A stretch of DNA of 64,000 bases from an uncultured cyanobacterium (lineage in GTDB: Bacteria > Cyanobacteriota > Cyanobacteriia > Cyanobacteriales > Cyanobacteriaceae), in assembly GCA_963749915.1 (NCBI GenBank), contig CAVVOP010000021.1, positions 352,001-416,000 on the forward strand. The letters run 5' to 3'. The notes beneath the pieces were generated by a model. It searched no databases. It saw only the letters and a list, made by a program, of their open reading frames with translations, and was not told the DNA's origin. A program made the position numbers and the translations under genes. Positions 1 to 11,226 of this stretch are shown here, piece after piece. Numbering within the stretch: position 1 is the first letter of the stretch; each line of letters begins with the position of its first letter.

Positions 1-1739
1 TCCATGAACAGGCGATGGCCAATGAATTAGCAGGAAAGTTTTATTTAGGTTGGGGGAAAGAAAAATTAGCCCACAATTATCTTCAAGAATCTTTTTACCA
101 TTATAGCCTTTGGGGTGCAACAGCAAAAATTGCCGATTTAGAACAAAAATACCCACAATTTTTCGCCTCTTCAATCTCCTCACCTAATCCTTACCAAGAA
201 AAACTATCTATAAGTGTTAATTTCCATAACAATTTAGATTTAATCACAGTAATGAAGTCATCTCAAGCCATCGCCGGTGAAATTGTCCTCGAAAATCTGT
301 TACAAACTTTAATGGAAATTTTACTGGAAAATGCGGGGGTACAAACCGGTTGTTTATTGATTCATACTCCCAACTTATCAGGGGAATTAGGCACATTCAC
401 CATCGCTATTGATAGCCGCAATCAGACTCATAATCTCTATCCTCAGAAAAAAATTTCTGAGAGTATTCCTGAATCCATATTAAAATATGTGGCAGATACG
501 AGAAAGCATATCTGTCTTGATCGTCCGTACTTAGGAGGTGATTTTATCGATGATCCTTATATTCAATCGGTAAAACCTTTTTCTATTCTTTGTTATCCCC
601 TAATTAATCAAGGGAATTTAGAGGGGGTTATTTATCTGGAAAATAACTTAACCATGGGAGTATTTACTATAAGTAATATTGAGTTTTTGCAATTACTTTC
701 AGGACAAGCGGTCATCGCCCTTCGTAATGCCCAACTGTATAGTGAAATTAAACACAAAGAAGAATTATTGAAACAGTTTTTAGAAGCTATGCCCATAGGA
801 ATTAGTGTTTTAGACGCAAAGGGACGACCATACTATACTAATCATAAAGCAGAATCTATCTTCGGAAAAGGGGTTATCCCGGCAGGGGTACTAAAGGAAG
901 AAATTGGCGAAGTTTATCGAGCCTATATAGCAGGGACAAATCAACTCTATCCCAATGAAAATTTACCTGTTATTAGGGCTTTACAGGGAGAAATTTGTAA
1001 TACCAATGATGTTGAAATTCGCAATGGAGATAATATTATTCCCATAGAATCTTGGGGAACTCCCATTTATGATCAATCAGGGCGAATTCAATATGCAATG
1101 GTAGCATTTCAGGATATTACTCAACGCAAAGAAACAGAAAAGATTTTAAGAAACTATAATCACACTTTAGAAAAAGAAATTTTAAGTCGAACAGCCAAAC
1201 TGCAACAAGCCAATGAACAATTGTCCCGTCTAGCCAACTTAGATGGCTTAACCCAAGTTGCCAACCGTCGTCGTTTTGATGACTATTTAAAACTCGAATG
1301 GCAAAGACATCTCAGACAACAACAACCTTTATCTTTAATCCTCATTGATATTGACTATTTTAAACTCTACAATGACTCTTGCGGACATCAGCAGGGAGAT
1401 GATTGTTTAATCAGAGTAGCACGAGCAATATCTGAAGTTATTCAACGCCCTACAGATTTATTCGCCCGTTATGGAGGGGAGGAGTTTGCTCTTGTTTTGC
1501 CCGAAACACCCTCCCAAGGGGCATTAATAGTCGCACAATCCATCAAAAATATGATTGCTCAAATAAAAATCCCTCATCCACAATCTAGGGTTAACGAGTA
1601 TGTAACTTTAAGTATGGGAGTAGGCACCGTTATCCCCTTCCCACAACTTGCCCCTGAAGATTTAATTGCCCAAGTCGACGAAGCACTATATCGAGCTAAA
1701 AAAGAAGGCAGAAATAGGATAATAATGACCAATAAGTAA
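1..1739 (+). CDS. C-terminal part of a large sensor protein with GAF-PAS-GGDEF (diguanylate cyclase) domains; 5' end lies upstream of the window, probably a Ser/Thr kinase-AAA-TPR multidomain sensor
   Basis: Frame is open from the window start (HEQAMANELAGKFYL, typical of cyanobacterial kinase/AAA sensors); GAF (YLENNL), PAS, DGLTQVANRRRFD and ARYGGEEF motifs. Confidence 0.9.
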   Translation, partial: HEQAMANELAGKFYLGWGKEKLAHNYLQESFYHYSLWGATAKIADLEQKYPQFFASSISSPNPYQEKLSISVNFHNNLDLITVMKSSQAIAGEIVLENLLQTLMEILLENAGVQTGCLLIHTPNLSGELGTFTIAIDSRNQTHNLYPQKKISESIPESILKYVADTRKHICLDRPYLGGDFIDDPYIQSVKPFSILCYPLINQGNLEGVIYLENNLTMGVFTISNIEFLQLLSGQAVIALRNAQLYSEIKHKEELLKQFLEAMPIGISVLDAKGRPYYTNHKAESIFGKGVIPAGVLKEEIGEVYRAYIAGTNQLYPNENLPVIRALQGEICNTNDVEIRNGDNIIPIESWGTPIYDQSGRIQYAMVAFQDITQRKETEKILRNYNHTLEKEILSRTAKLQQANEQLSRLANLDGLTQVANRRRFDDYLKLEWQRHLRQQQPLSLILIDIDYFKLYNDSCGHQQGDDCLIRVARAISEVIQRPTDLFARYGGEEFALVLPETPSQGALIVAQSIKNMIAQIKIPHPQSRVNEYVTLSMGVGTVIPFPQLAPEDLIAQVDEALYRAKKEGRNRIIMTNK

Positions 1740-1825
1740 ATAAATTTTCCTGGCCTTTTAGCCTTAACTACATGGTTAATAATTTGATAAAGTATTGATT
1801 AAAGAAAGATATTTTTGCTTTACCT

Positions 1826-2704
1826 ATGGTTTCATCTCCAGAAATTAATAATCCTCCCGTCATCGAAAGTATTATCAAACTCCTCCGTTGGGATAAACCT
1901 GCCGGAAGATTAATCCTCATGATTCCTGCTTTATGGGCAGTATTCTTTGCCAGCAAGGGTACACCTCCCCTAATCTTAGTGGGTATTATCATCTTAGGTA
2001 CTTTAGCCACCAGTGCCGCCGGATGTGTTATTAATGATTTGTGGGATCGTAATATCGATAATCAAGTAGAAAGAACCAAAAATCGACCCCTTGCTTCCCG
2101 TGCCTTATCTGTTAAAGTCGGTATTATTGTTTTTATCACTAGTTTAGGCTGTGCCGCAGGATTGGCATTTTATCTTAATTCTCTCAGTTTTTGGTTGTGC
2201 GTGGCTTCCGTACCCGTAATTATCTGTTATCCCCTAGCTAAAAGAGTTTTTCCTCTTCCTCAGTTAGTTTTATCTATTGCCTGGGGTTTTGCCGTTCTAA
2301 TCGGTTGGAGTGCGGTGACAGGTAATTTGACTTTTAACACTTGGGTATTGTGGGGAGCGACCATTACATGGACAATGGGATTTGATACAGTTTACGCTAT
2401 GGCAGATAAACCCGATGATCTCAAAGTGGGCATTAACTCCAGTGCCATCTTTTTTGGTGATTTAGCAGGGGAAACAGTGGGTTTATTTTTCGCTCTCACT
2501 GCTGGTTTATTCGCTTATCTTGGCTCAGTAAACCGCTTTAACTTCTTGTTTGGGATATCATGGGCGATCGCCGTCATTTTGTGGGTAGGGCAATATCTAG
2601 AATTAAGGAAACCAAATCAAGAGTTAGTCAATTATGGGCAAATATTTAGTCAAAATGTCTGGATTGGCTTTATTTTATTATTAGGAATTATCTTAGGCAA
2701 TTAA
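1826..2704 (+). CDS. ubiA: 4-hydroxybenzoate solanesyltransferase (UbiA family, plastoquinone synthesis)
   Basis: LLRWDKPAG, NDLWDRNID...RTKNRPLAS and DTVYAMADKPDD motifs; multiple TM helices. Confidence 0.9.
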   Translation: MVSSPEINNPPVIESIIKLLRWDKPAGRLILMIPALWAVFFASKGTPPLILVGIIILGTLATSAAGCVINDLWDRNIDNQVERTKNRPLASRALSVKVGIIVFITSLGCAAGLAFYLNSLSFWLCVASVPVIICYPLAKRVFPLPQLVLSIAWGFAVLIGWSAVTGNLTFNTWVLWGATITWTMGFDTVYAMADKPDDLKVGINSSAIFFGDLAGETVGLFFALTAGLFAYLGSVNRFNFLFGISWAIAVILWVGQYLELRKPNQELVNYGQIFSQNVWIGFILLLGIILGN

Positions 2705-2732
2705 AAAATGTTAAATTAATATCTATTCCCCA

Positions 2733-3506
2733 TTGCCTTTATTTTCAATCATCAACTTATTTACGGCTTTGAATAACTGGTTAGGTTTAATTATTGGTAA
2801 TTCCCGACTCCATTGGGGTTACTTTCAAGAGGATAAAATTACTCAAACATGGAATACTTCTCAAGCTGAATCCTTGGAACAATTGCCTCATATTTTGGAC
2901 AAGACTCTCTATTCTTACTTAAAAGCGCAAATTCCTTTATATATCGCCTCCGTTGTGCCTTCAGCGACCAAAATGTATTTATCCTTTTCTCAAACTACCA
3001 TTATCAATCCCAAGATTATTCCCTTACAAGATATTTACCCGACCATGGGAGTCGATCGCATTTTAGCATTATGGGGGGCGGGTACTAACTATGGTTTTCC
3101 TTGTCTTGTTATTGATAGTGGCACAGCTTTAACTTTTACAGGTGCCGATGAAGATAAAAAATTAATCGGTGGTGCAATTCTGCCTGGGGTAAGATTACAA
3201 TTAGAAACCCTCTTTTTTAATACAGCCAGGTTACCAAAAATTGAGATAATTAGGGAAAAAACACCCCGTTGGGCAAAAAATACCCCCTTAGCCATTCAAA
3301 GTGGTATTATTTATACCCTTATCGCCAGTATTCGAGATTTTACGGAAGATTGGTTAAATAAATATCCTCAAAGTAAAGTTATTTTAACGGGAGGTGATGC
3401 TTTATTATTATTTCAATATTTAGAGGTAATTTTTCCCGATATTAGTAGTAGAATTACGATGGATGCTAACCTAATTTTTTTAGGAATGCAAAAAATACAT
3501 AGTTGA
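2733..3506 (+). CDS. coaX: type III pantothenate kinase (start uncertain)
   Basis: IGNSRLHW, MGVDR, IDSGTALT, GGAILPG and LTGGD motifs. Confidence 0.88.
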   Translation: MPLFSIINLFTALNNWLGLIIGNSRLHWGYFQEDKITQTWNTSQAESLEQLPHILDKTLYSYLKAQIPLYIASVVPSATKMYLSFSQTTIINPKIIPLQDIYPTMGVDRILALWGAGTNYGFPCLVIDSGTALTFTGADEDKKLIGGAILPGVRLQLETLFFNTARLPKIEIIREKTPRWAKNTPLAIQSGIIYTLIASIRDFTEDWLNKYPQSKVILTGGDALLLFQYLEVIFPDISSRITMDANLIFLGMQKIHS

Positions 3507-3648
3507 TCCCCTAGTCTTTCCTATAAGGAACACGCGCCAAGAGAGAGGACAAAGGGTAATGAATTCGTGAAAATTTTAATTCTCAATTCTCAAATTCTCA
3601 ATTTCCCTAACAATGCCGTTTTTGGCACGCTTCCGAACAGTATTGCAA

Positions 3649-3721
3649 AGCTACCTATCGGAATCGAACCGACAACCTATTCATTACGAATGAATTGCTC
3701 TGCCAATTGAGCTAAGGTAGC
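3649..3721 (-). tRNA. tRNA-Thr(CGT)
   Basis: Reverse complement GCTACCTTAGCTCAATTGGCAGAGCAATTCATTCGTAATGAATAGGTTGTCGGTTCGATTCCGATAGGTAGC folds as a cloverleaf with anticodon CGT. Confidence 0.95.
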
Positions 3722-3788
3722 ATAATTTATATTTTAGAGGAATATCATAACATAAATGGGAAAAAGTAATATTAAAAATCAGTAATTA

Positions 3789-4235
3789 TTAATTATTATT
3801 TTGATGTTGCAATTTGAATTTTTCTCTTTCGCTGTGCAAATTTTGTTCTAATTCCTGTAATTCTTCTCGGCGAGTTTCAATTTCTAGGCGAATACGAGTT
3901 AAATCTTGGCTTTGGGAGGTTAATTCTTGTCGCCATTTTTCGATTTTGGCTTGTTCTTCGGGTATTTTAATGTTGGCGTTAAAATGACCCTCTACCAAAT
4001 ATTCTCTAATTAAATCTAAAATCCAATCTTTGGCATCTCGACAACGAATAATTTGGTTATTATTATCTAATTCCAATAACACGAATGATCCCAATGGAAA
4101 AACTTCTCCTCCATCTAAAGATAAAAATCTTTCATGGCAGAAAGTCCACTGTAATTTAGATTCCTCGACTGCCAGTAAATGTAATTCTAATTTCCCTGAC
4201 AAAATATTTTTAGTAACTTGGGCTAAATATAGCAT
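3789..4235 (-). CDS. conserved cyanobacterial hypothetical protein with C-terminal coiled coil
   Basis: 148 aa ORF; MLYLAQV N-terminus and WRQELTSQSQDLTR coiled coil. Confidence 0.75.
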   Translation of the reverse strand: MLYLAQVTKNILSGKLELHLLAVEESKLQWTFCHERFLSLDGGEVFPLGSFVLLELDNNNQIIRCRDAKDWILDLIREYLVEGHFNANIKIPEEQAKIEKWRQELTSQSQDLTRIRLEIETRREELQELEQNLHSEREKFKLQHQNNN

Positions 4236-4317
4236 TTTATGTTCAAAAGGAAGCAGAATTAGGATAAGTAAGAGAATAGGAAATAGTTGATTTTAATGAC
4301 TAATTATTAATTGTTAA

Positions 4318-7300
4318 TTATTTTAGTAAGTTAATGCGTTTTTGCAAAATCTCTCCTTGAATCTTGCTTTCGTTTAAGGTGTTTTGTGCTGTTTCAATAA
4401 TATCCTTAGGTGCTTTATTAAGGAAATTGGGGTTGTTTAACCTTCCTTCTAAGGATTTTATCTCCCCTTCAATTTTAGCTAGTTTTTTCGCTAATTTACC
4501 CGTTAATTTATCTATATCTATAATACCTTCTAGGGGGATTAAAATCTGGATTGTGCCGACTACAGAAGCGATGCCACGAGGATCCGCTGCACAGCCCGTC
4601 TGGGACACTTCTTCGGTTAAACTTTTGGTAATGGTGAGATTCTCGACTTTTGCTAATTCCATGATATAAGTTTGAGTTTGGCTTAAAATTGCCCTTTCTT
4701 TATCGCTATCAGACTGTAGAATGACGTTTACCCTAACACCGGGTTTAATTTCAGCTTCCGCACGAAGGTTACGAATCGCCCGAATTGTTTCGAATAGTAG
4801 GTTAAAGCTGGTTTCTAAGTCCTTATCGATGAGAGTGGTTGAAGGTTTTATGATCACTTTGGGGGTAGAAGATTCCGATTCTAACCCCATAACAGCATCG
4901 ACGGAAGAATGCCCGAAAATTTCCTCTTTTAAAGTGTTTAACTTTTCTAACGTCTTCTCCCTGGCCTCTGCAAACACCAGATTTTGATAACTAAACCATA
5001 AACTATAACCCAAACCCACTAACTGTAGCAAAGGTTCTAAGAGAGGAAAATCATCGATGGCGGTGACAACGGAAGAAATTAATTCTAAAACAAGAAAAGT
5101 TAAGAGTATAATCGATAAAAGAGTGAAAGGTCGTCGATATTTCCTGATAAATATACTAACTTGATCCGGTAATTGATCTAATAAACTGAGTACTTGATTA
5201 CCCAACTTAATAATTGCAGCATCTTCAGTTTGATTTATCGTCATCAATGGGCTAGTCGTCATTTCAGCCAGAGATAAGGGGATCAACTCATCTACCTGGG
5301 GAAAAGATTGTAAAGCTAAACTATCCTCTTTGTTTTGAGTTAAAGTGTGCCAAATTTCTTCGGTGATATGAGGCATAAAAGGATGTAAAAGTTTTAATAT
5401 TCCCTCCAATACATAGGCTAAAGTTTGTTGTGCTATTTGACGGGAAGAAGATTCTCGATCCTGCCATAGACGAGTTTTGACTAATTCTATATACCAGTCG
5501 CAAAAGTCACCCCAGATAAATTCATATAATCCCTTCGCCGCCTCTCCTAAACCATAATTTTCGATAGACTCTCTGGTTTCCTTGACAACTTGGTTAAACC
5601 GCGATATTATCCAGCGATCGCTCAATTCCAAATTTTGTAAGTGAGGATAGCCTAATTGTTGAGGAGTTTTACCTTCAAGATTCATCAACACAAATCGTGC
5701 GGCATTCCATAATTTATTGGCAAAATTCCGAGAGGCTTCCACCGAATCCGATTCGTCCGTTTGACGATTATATTGTAAGCTAATATCTTGCCCCGCCCCT
5801 GCCACTTCTCGAATTAAGGTATATCTTAGGGCATCTGTGCCGTATTTGTCCGTTAATAATAAAGGATCAATGCCATTATTGGCAGATTTGGACATTTTTT
5901 TGCCGTTTTCATCCCTTACCAAACCATGAATATAAACATCCTTAAAAGGCATTTTACCGGTAAAATGTCCTGACATCATTGTCATTCTTGCTACCCAGAA
6001 GAAGATAATATCAAATCCCGTCACCATGGTTGTGTTGGGAAAATACATTGATAAATCTTCCGTATTGGAAGGCCAACCCATGGTAGAAAAAGGCCATAAT
6101 CCCGATGAAAACCATGTGTCAAGCACATCTGGATCTTGAGCTATGATTATATCTTCACCGTATTCTTTATAGGCTTTGTCCTTGGCTTCGCTTTCATTAT
6201 ATGCTACAACAAAAGGAGTCTCATCGGTAATTTCGCCGTTAGTTTTACTGACAATATACCATGCTGGAATTTGATGCCCCCACCAAAGTTGGCGAGAAAT
6301 ACACCAATCTTGCAGTTTTACCAACCAGTCCCGATAGACTTTTTGCCATCTTGCGGGCACAAAATGAGGAGAGTGGTTGTCATCCAATTCCCGTAAGGCT
6401 TTTTGGGCTAAAGGTTCGATTTTGACATACCATTGGGTGGACAGCAAAGGTTCAACCGGAACTTTTCCTCGATCGCTGTATGGTATGCTATGACGATAAT
6501 CTTCAACTTTGACTAAAAATCCTTCTTTTTCCAGACGTTTAACTATATTTTCACGAGCTAGAAAACGATCTTGCCCTTGAAATTCTCCTCCGTTTTCGTT
6601 AATTGACCCATCTTTGTTTAAAATATTGATAAAGGGTAGATCGTGACGTTTACCCATCTGAAAATCGTTAAGATCGTGTGCTGGTGTGACTTTGACACAT
6701 CCTGTACCAAAAGAGGGATCAACAAATTCATCGGCAATAATCGGAATCTCCCTGAAGGTGATGGGTAAAACTAGGGTTTTGCCGATAAGATTTTGATAAC
6801 GGGTATCATTAGGATTAACCGCCACTGCAGTATCTCCTAACATAGTTTCTGGGCGAGTGGTGGCTATTTCTATATATTCGCCTTCTTCCCTTAAAGGGTA
6901 ACGCAAATGCCATAAATTCCCGTCAACTTCCTTATTTTCTACCTCTAAATCAGACACAGCAGATTGAGATTCGGGACACCAGTTCACCATATAATTCCCC
7001 CGATAAATCAAGCCTTCTTCATATAATTTAATGAAAGCAGTTTTTACGGCGGTACATAAATTATCATCAAGGGTGAATCTTTCTCGACTCCAGTCAGCGG
7101 ATAAGCCTAATTTTTGCAGCTGGTGATATATCGCGTCCCCAGACTGCACACGCCATTGCCAAGCCTTTTTTAAAAATTTCTTTCTACCTAAGTCGTAACG
7201 GGTTTTGCCTTCTTCTTTTAGTTGTTTTTCAATAATCGTCTGTACGGCAATACTAGCATGATCTGTACCAGGCAAACAAAGGGTATTTTTTCCCGTCATG

Positions 7301-7521
7301 CGATGGTAACGAATTAAGGTATCAATCAGAGATGTATTAAAAGCGTGACCCATGTGCAACCTACCGGTAACGTTGGGGGGCGGAATGACTATGGCATAAG
7401 GTTCTCCCCCTTTTTTGGGGTTGGCCTTAAAGGTATCGTGGCATCGCCAAAATTCCTGCCATTTAGCTTCAGTAGTTTGAGGATCGTATTGAGGGGGTAA
7501 AATAGCTTGAGGATTAGTCAT
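4318..7521 (-). CDS. valS: valine--tRNA ligase with an inserted CAAD (CURT1-like membrane-anchor) domain
   Basis: [13 protein letters not shown] (HIGH), KMSKS and [12 protein letters not shown] motifs; two-TM insert ([18 protein letters not shown]) in the anticodon-binding region. Confidence 0.97.
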   Translation of the reverse strand: MTNPQAILPPQYDPQTTEAKWQEFWRCHDTFKANPKKGGEPYAIVIPPPNVTGRLHMGHAFNTSLIDTLIRYHRMTGKNTLCLPGTDHASIAVQTIIEKQLKEEGKTRYDLGRKKFLKKAWQWRVQSGDAIYHQLQKLGLSADWSRERFTLDDNLCTAVKTAFIKLYEEGLIYRGNYMVNWCPESQSAVSDLEVENKEVDGNLWHLRYPLREEGEYIEIATTRPETMLGDTAVAVNPNDTRYQNLIGKTLVLPITFREIPIIADEFVDPSFGTGCVKVTPAHDLNDFQMGKRHDLPFINILNKDGSINENGGEFQGQDRFLARENIVKRLEKEGFLVKVEDYRHSIPYSDRGKVPVEPLLSTQWYVKIEPLAQKALRELDDNHSPHFVPARWQKVYRDWLVKLQDWCISRQLWWGHQIPAWYIVSKTNGEITDETPFVVAYNESEAKDKAYKEYGEDIIIAQDPDVLDTWFSSGLWPFSTMGWPSNTEDLSMYFPNTTMVTGFDIIFFWVARMTMMSGHFTGKMPFKDVYIHGLVRDENGKKMSKSANNGIDPLLLTDKYGTDALRYTLIREVAGAGQDISLQYNRQTDESDSVEASRNFANKLWNAARFVLMNLEGKTPQQLGYPHLQNLELSDRWIISRFNQVVKETRESIENYGLGEAAKGLYEFIWGDFCDWYIELVKTRLWQDRESSSRQIAQQTLAYVLEGILKLLHPFMPHITEEIWHTLTQNKEDSLALQSFPQVDELIPLSLAEMTTSPLMTINQTEDAAIIKLGNQVLSLLDQLPDQVSIFIRKYRRPFTLLSIILLTFLVLELISSVVTAIDDFPLLEPLLQLVGLGYSLWFSYQNLVFAEAREKTLEKLNTLKEEIFGHSSVDAVMGLESESSTPKVIIKPSTTLIDKDLETSFNLLFETIRAIRNLRAEAEIKPGVRVNVILQSDSDKERAILSQTQTYIMELAKVENLTITKSLTEEVSQTGCAADPRGIASVVGTIQILIPLEGIIDIDKLTGKLAKKLAKIEGEIKSLEGRLNNPNFLNKAPKDIIETAQNTLNESKIQGEILQKRINLLK

Positions 7522-7781
7522 AAAATTATAATTAAAATCAATTTGAGGTAATAAATTGCCAATTTCGTTTTCTATTCCTGTTCGACCTGAGTTGTCGAGA
7601 AAAATCTTGGATTTTCTGAGGATTTAGACTGTGAAGGGAGTAAAACGAGATTTTGTTGACCATCGAAATATACTTTGACTCCCCTTATTTAATCATTAGT
7701 CCCAACTCCGAACTCAAGTTGTTCGCTATTCCCTAAAAATCATTACAATCAATCGTAGATAAGTTAATTTACAGTTATTTT

Positions 7782-8258
7782 CTAAGCAATATTATTGGAA
7801 GAATTAGAGTTGATTAAAATCGTTAAATTTTGTTGAATAGCTGATTGTAACTTATCGCAGTAAATTTCTTTACTTTGCTGATAGTTTTCCGGTTTTTCCA
7901 CAAAAATAACGCTATCAACTTCTTTCATCGTAAACATTTGGAAAAGAATTTGACTAACAGGAACTATCTGTGCGATGACATTGGGATCATTAATTTTACT
8001 ATCGGGAAATTTGGCGGCATCTTCAACGGTAGGGAAAGCGTAAATTACTCTTTTTTCGACTTCGGGATGTTGATTATTGGCTAAAATAGTTAAAACCAAA
8101 TTATCTTCTAAGGTTTGTCTCAAATAATATTGACTATAATCAAGTTGGTGTGCATAGGTACTAATAACAGGGACAACACCATGCTCCATAATAAGGGCAG
8201 GAACACCATATTCAGGGGCTTCGTTAATTAAATTACGTAATTGCTGATCTAAGTCCAT
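7782..8258 (-). CDS. conserved cyanobacterial hypothetical protein
   Basis: ORF probably starts at MDLDQQ (8258); sits downstream of frr. Confidence 0.7.
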   Translation of the reverse strand: MDLDQQLRNLINEAPEYGVPALIMEHGVVPVISTYAHQLDYSQYYLRQTLEDNLVLTILANNQHPEVEKRVIYAFPTVEDAAKFPDSKINDPNVIAQIVPVSQILFQMFTMKEVDSVIFVEKPENYQQSKEIYCDKLQSAIQQNLTILINSNSSNNIA

Positions 8259-8361
8259 AATTACAAAATATTGAGGTCTTATTTTTATCTTATCGAAGTT
8301 CAAGAGAGTTGGGAGTTCACCCCCGTTGGATTAATTGTTAACGGCTAATTGCTATAACTGT

Positions 8362-8913
8362 TTAAATATTAGTTAATTCTTTTTCTTTAATGACTAAAAT
8401 ATCATCTACTTTTGCAGTATATTTATCAGTAATTTTTTGAATTTGGTCTTGTAAATCACGGGATTCGTCCTCGGAAATTTCGCTATTTTTTTCCTGTTTA
8501 CGCACTTTTTCAATGGCATCACGGCGAATATTGCGAATGGCGACTTTTCCCTCCTCGGCATATTTACCGGCTAATTTAACAAATTCTTGACGACGTTCAG
8601 TCGTAAGGGGGGGTATGTTCAAACGAATTACTTGTCCGTCATTATTGGGGGTCAAACCTAAATCAGACAGAGAAATTGCTTTTTGCAGTTGATTCATGCT
8701 TCCTTTATCGAAGGGTTGAATCAAAATGGTTGTGGCATCTGGAGTACTAATATTCGCCAAAGATTTTAAGGGAGTTTCTGTTCCATAATAATCCACCATC
8801 ACTTTATCTAGCAAACTAACATTTGCTCTACCCGTGCGGATAGTATTAAAATCTTGTTGTGTCTTTTCGACACTTTTTTGCATATTTTCTTTGATTTCGT
8901 CAGTTAACTTCAC
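8362..8913 (-). CDS. frr: ribosome recycling factor
   Basis: [15 protein letters not shown] and RNIRRDA motifs; follows pyrH. Confidence 0.97.
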   Translation of the reverse strand: MKLTDEIKENMQKSVEKTQQDFNTIRTGRANVSLLDKVMVDYYGTETPLKSLANISTPDATTILIQPFDKGSMNQLQKAISLSDLGLTPNNDGQVIRLNIPPLTTERRQEFVKLAGKYAEEGKVAIRNIRRDAIEKVRKQEKNSEISEDESRDLQDQIQKITDKYTAKVDDILVIKEKELTNI

Positions 8914-9622
8914 AAAAACCTCCTACAGTAGTTCCTACTTTTTCTCCTTTTACCGCCCGAATAATATTACCGTGCTCGAAAAGGTTAAATACAATAATGG
9001 GGATGTTATTTTCTTTGCATAAAGCAATGGCTGTTCCATCCATAACCCTTAAATCTTGGGTCAATACATGATTATAGTTCAAGCTCTCATAACGATGAGC
9101 ATTAGGATTTTTCATCGGATCTGAGTCATAAACTCCATCTACTTTAGTGGCTTTAAAAATGACTTGTGCGTCAATTTCCGCCGCCCTTAAGGCCGCTGTG
9201 GTATCAGTGGTAAAAAATGGATTGCCTGAACCTGCTCCAAATATTACCACTCTGCCCAATTCGAGATGACGGATTGCTTTACGACGAATATATGGTTCGG
9301 CTACTTCCTGCATGGCGATCGCAGTTTGTACCCTAGTGGGAATATCCATCCTTTCTAAGGCGTCTTGTAAGGTCATGGCATTCATGACCGTAGCAATCAT
9401 GCCAACATAATCCGCTGTAGCTCGATCCATACCCTCAGCAGAAGCCTTCATTCCACGAAAAATATTACCACCGCCCACCACAATGGCAACTTCTACTTTC
9501 AGGCTAACTACCTCTGCCACTTCTTCTGCTATTTCGGCAACTACTTTGGGATCGATGCCATAGCCTAAATCTCCCATTAATGCTTCACCGCTTAATTTGA
9601 GTAAAATCCGTTGGTAAGTCAT
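8900..9622 (-). CDS. pyrH: UMP kinase
   Basis: [17 protein letters not shown] and [14 protein letters not shown] motifs. Confidence 0.97.
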   Translation of the reverse strand: MTYQRILLKLSGEALMGDLGYGIDPKVVAEIAEEVAEVVSLKVEVAIVVGGGNIFRGMKASAEGMDRATADYVGMIATVMNAMTLQDALERMDIPTRVQTAIAMQEVAEPYIRRKAIRHLELGRVVIFGAGSGNPFFTTDTTAALRAAEIDAQVIFKATKVDGVYDSDPMKNPNAHRYESLNYNHVLTQDLRVMDGTAIALCKENNIPIIVFNLFEHGNIIRAVKGEKVGTTVGGFCEVN

Positions 9623-9968
9623 TGTTTTGTTGCCTTTTCCTTTGATTAATTCTTCAGTTAAGATACCAGTTTTTGTCTCTTAATTTTAATAGTGCTTAAA
9701 TAATTTACCCCATTTTGGTGAAGTTTTTAACTCAGATTTTGTAGGAAATAAATCTTTGATAATGTTTCCGTTGCCACCGCCGTTATGTTATTTAAAGCAC
9801 ATAAACAAAGATTGAAACAGGGATTTTATGGGCAATTAAGAATATCGGCAGAAATTTATGAACAAATGATCTTTCTTTGAGTGGGCTTATCCGGAAGTAG
9901 CCTTAGCATACCAAGCCCACCATAAACCCTATCCATAGATGATAACGGGGAGATTATCAAACAACTAA

Positions 9969-10274
9969 CTATAAGTCTAATAAAGCATCTTCCTGATGGG
10001 TTTCCACAACACAGTTGGAGGTAGCATAGGTTTTACAAGTGAGGAAAAAACCGGCTTCAATTTCTTTTGCTTTCAAAAAGTCATGGTCATGATTAACTGT
10101 ACCTTCTTTTAATCTTGCAGTACAACTAACACAAACACCAGCCCGACAAGAATAGGGTAAATTAAAACCCTGTCTCTCGGCAGCGTCTAAAATATACTCA
10201 TCTGCATCTACTTCAATCACGTTATCAATACCCTTGTCTTGATTAACTAATCTAACCTGATAACTATTGCCCAT
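9969..10274 (-). CDS. plant-type [2Fe-2S] ferredoxin
   Basis: LPYSCRAGVCVSC...LTC motif. Confidence 0.9.
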   Translation of the reverse strand: MGNSYQVRLVNQDKGIDNVIEVDADEYILDAAERQGFNLPYSCRAGVCVSCTARLKEGTVNHDHDFLKAKEIEAGFFLTCKTYATSNCVVETHQEDALLDL

Positions 10275-10447
10275 TGTTATATTTATAATTAATTGTTTTG
10301 GAAGTGTTCATTTTTATCTTAATCTTCAATGTTCAATTAATTTCCCAGCACACTCATATTATTAAGCAATCTTTACATTGGACAATCTATGGTTTATCCA
10401 TCAGTCCTGAGATATTTGCTTTAAATTGTTAATAGTTTATTGTCATG

Positions 10448-11137
10448 TCAATAGTAGCCATTTTGGGTCAAAAAATCTAAATTTACTTCTTCTTGTGGGG
10501 GATTTTTTCCGAGACGATGACTAATTAATCTATCTACATATTTCCCTAAAATATCGCTTTCTAAATTTACCCAATCCCCCGCTTTAAGTTGTGATAAATT
10601 CGTTTCCTCATAGGTATGGGGAATTACGGCAACTTTAAACCAATTACCGTTGATATCACAATCGGCGATGGTCAAACTGGTACCATTGACGGCGATACTT
10701 GCCTTAGAGACAATATAAGGGGAAATGTAGTCTTGCCACTGGTTTTTGAACTCCGAAGGCGCAGTAAAAATCATTTCCCATGATTGTTGACAATTCACCG
10801 ATTCTACTAAACATCCTATGCCATCTACATGACCACTAACAAAATGTCCCCCAATTTTACCGCCCACCCGTAAAGAAGTCTCCAGATTGACATTGTTCTT
10901 TTTTTTGATATTTTGATCTAAAGTTGTACGCCGTAAAGTTTCTGGGGATGCGGTAGCAACAAAACCCTCTTGTGAAATTCTTTCAACAGTCAAACAAATT
11001 CCATCCACAGCAACACTATCACCAATGGCTAAATCTTGGCAAATTGTTTCTTGGGCTTTCCTGTGAATTTCGATGGCAAATAAGTCATTTCCTAAAGGCT
11101 TTATATTACCAATGCCCTGTATTAATCCTGTAAACAT
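10448..11137 (-). CDS. ribE: riboflavin synthase (alpha chain)
   Basis: MFTGLI N-terminus; GDSVAVDGICLTV and GGHFVSGHVDG motifs. Confidence 0.95.
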   Translation of the reverse strand: MFTGLIQGIGNIKPLGNDLFAIEIHRKAQETICQDLAIGDSVAVDGICLTVERISQEGFVATASPETLRRTTLDQNIKKKNNVNLETSLRVGGKIGGHFVSGHVDGIGCLVESVNCQQSWEMIFTAPSEFKNQWQDYISPYIVSKASIAVNGTSLTIADCDINGNWFKVAVIPHTYEETNLSQLKAGDWVNLESDILGKYVDRLISHRLGKNPPQEEVNLDFLTQNGYY

Positions 11138-11226
11138 AAAATTATTGAATTAGGGTGAATTTTATTAAGTCTATTATTTTAATTTTGAGGTACATTAATC
11201 CTCTAGGGCAATAAATTAAGTAAATT

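Noticed and set aside
7586..7720. Possible MITE with ACCTGAGTT...AACTCAAGT ends upstream of valS
   Set aside because: The inverted repeats are too short and imperfect to call without a genome-wide search.
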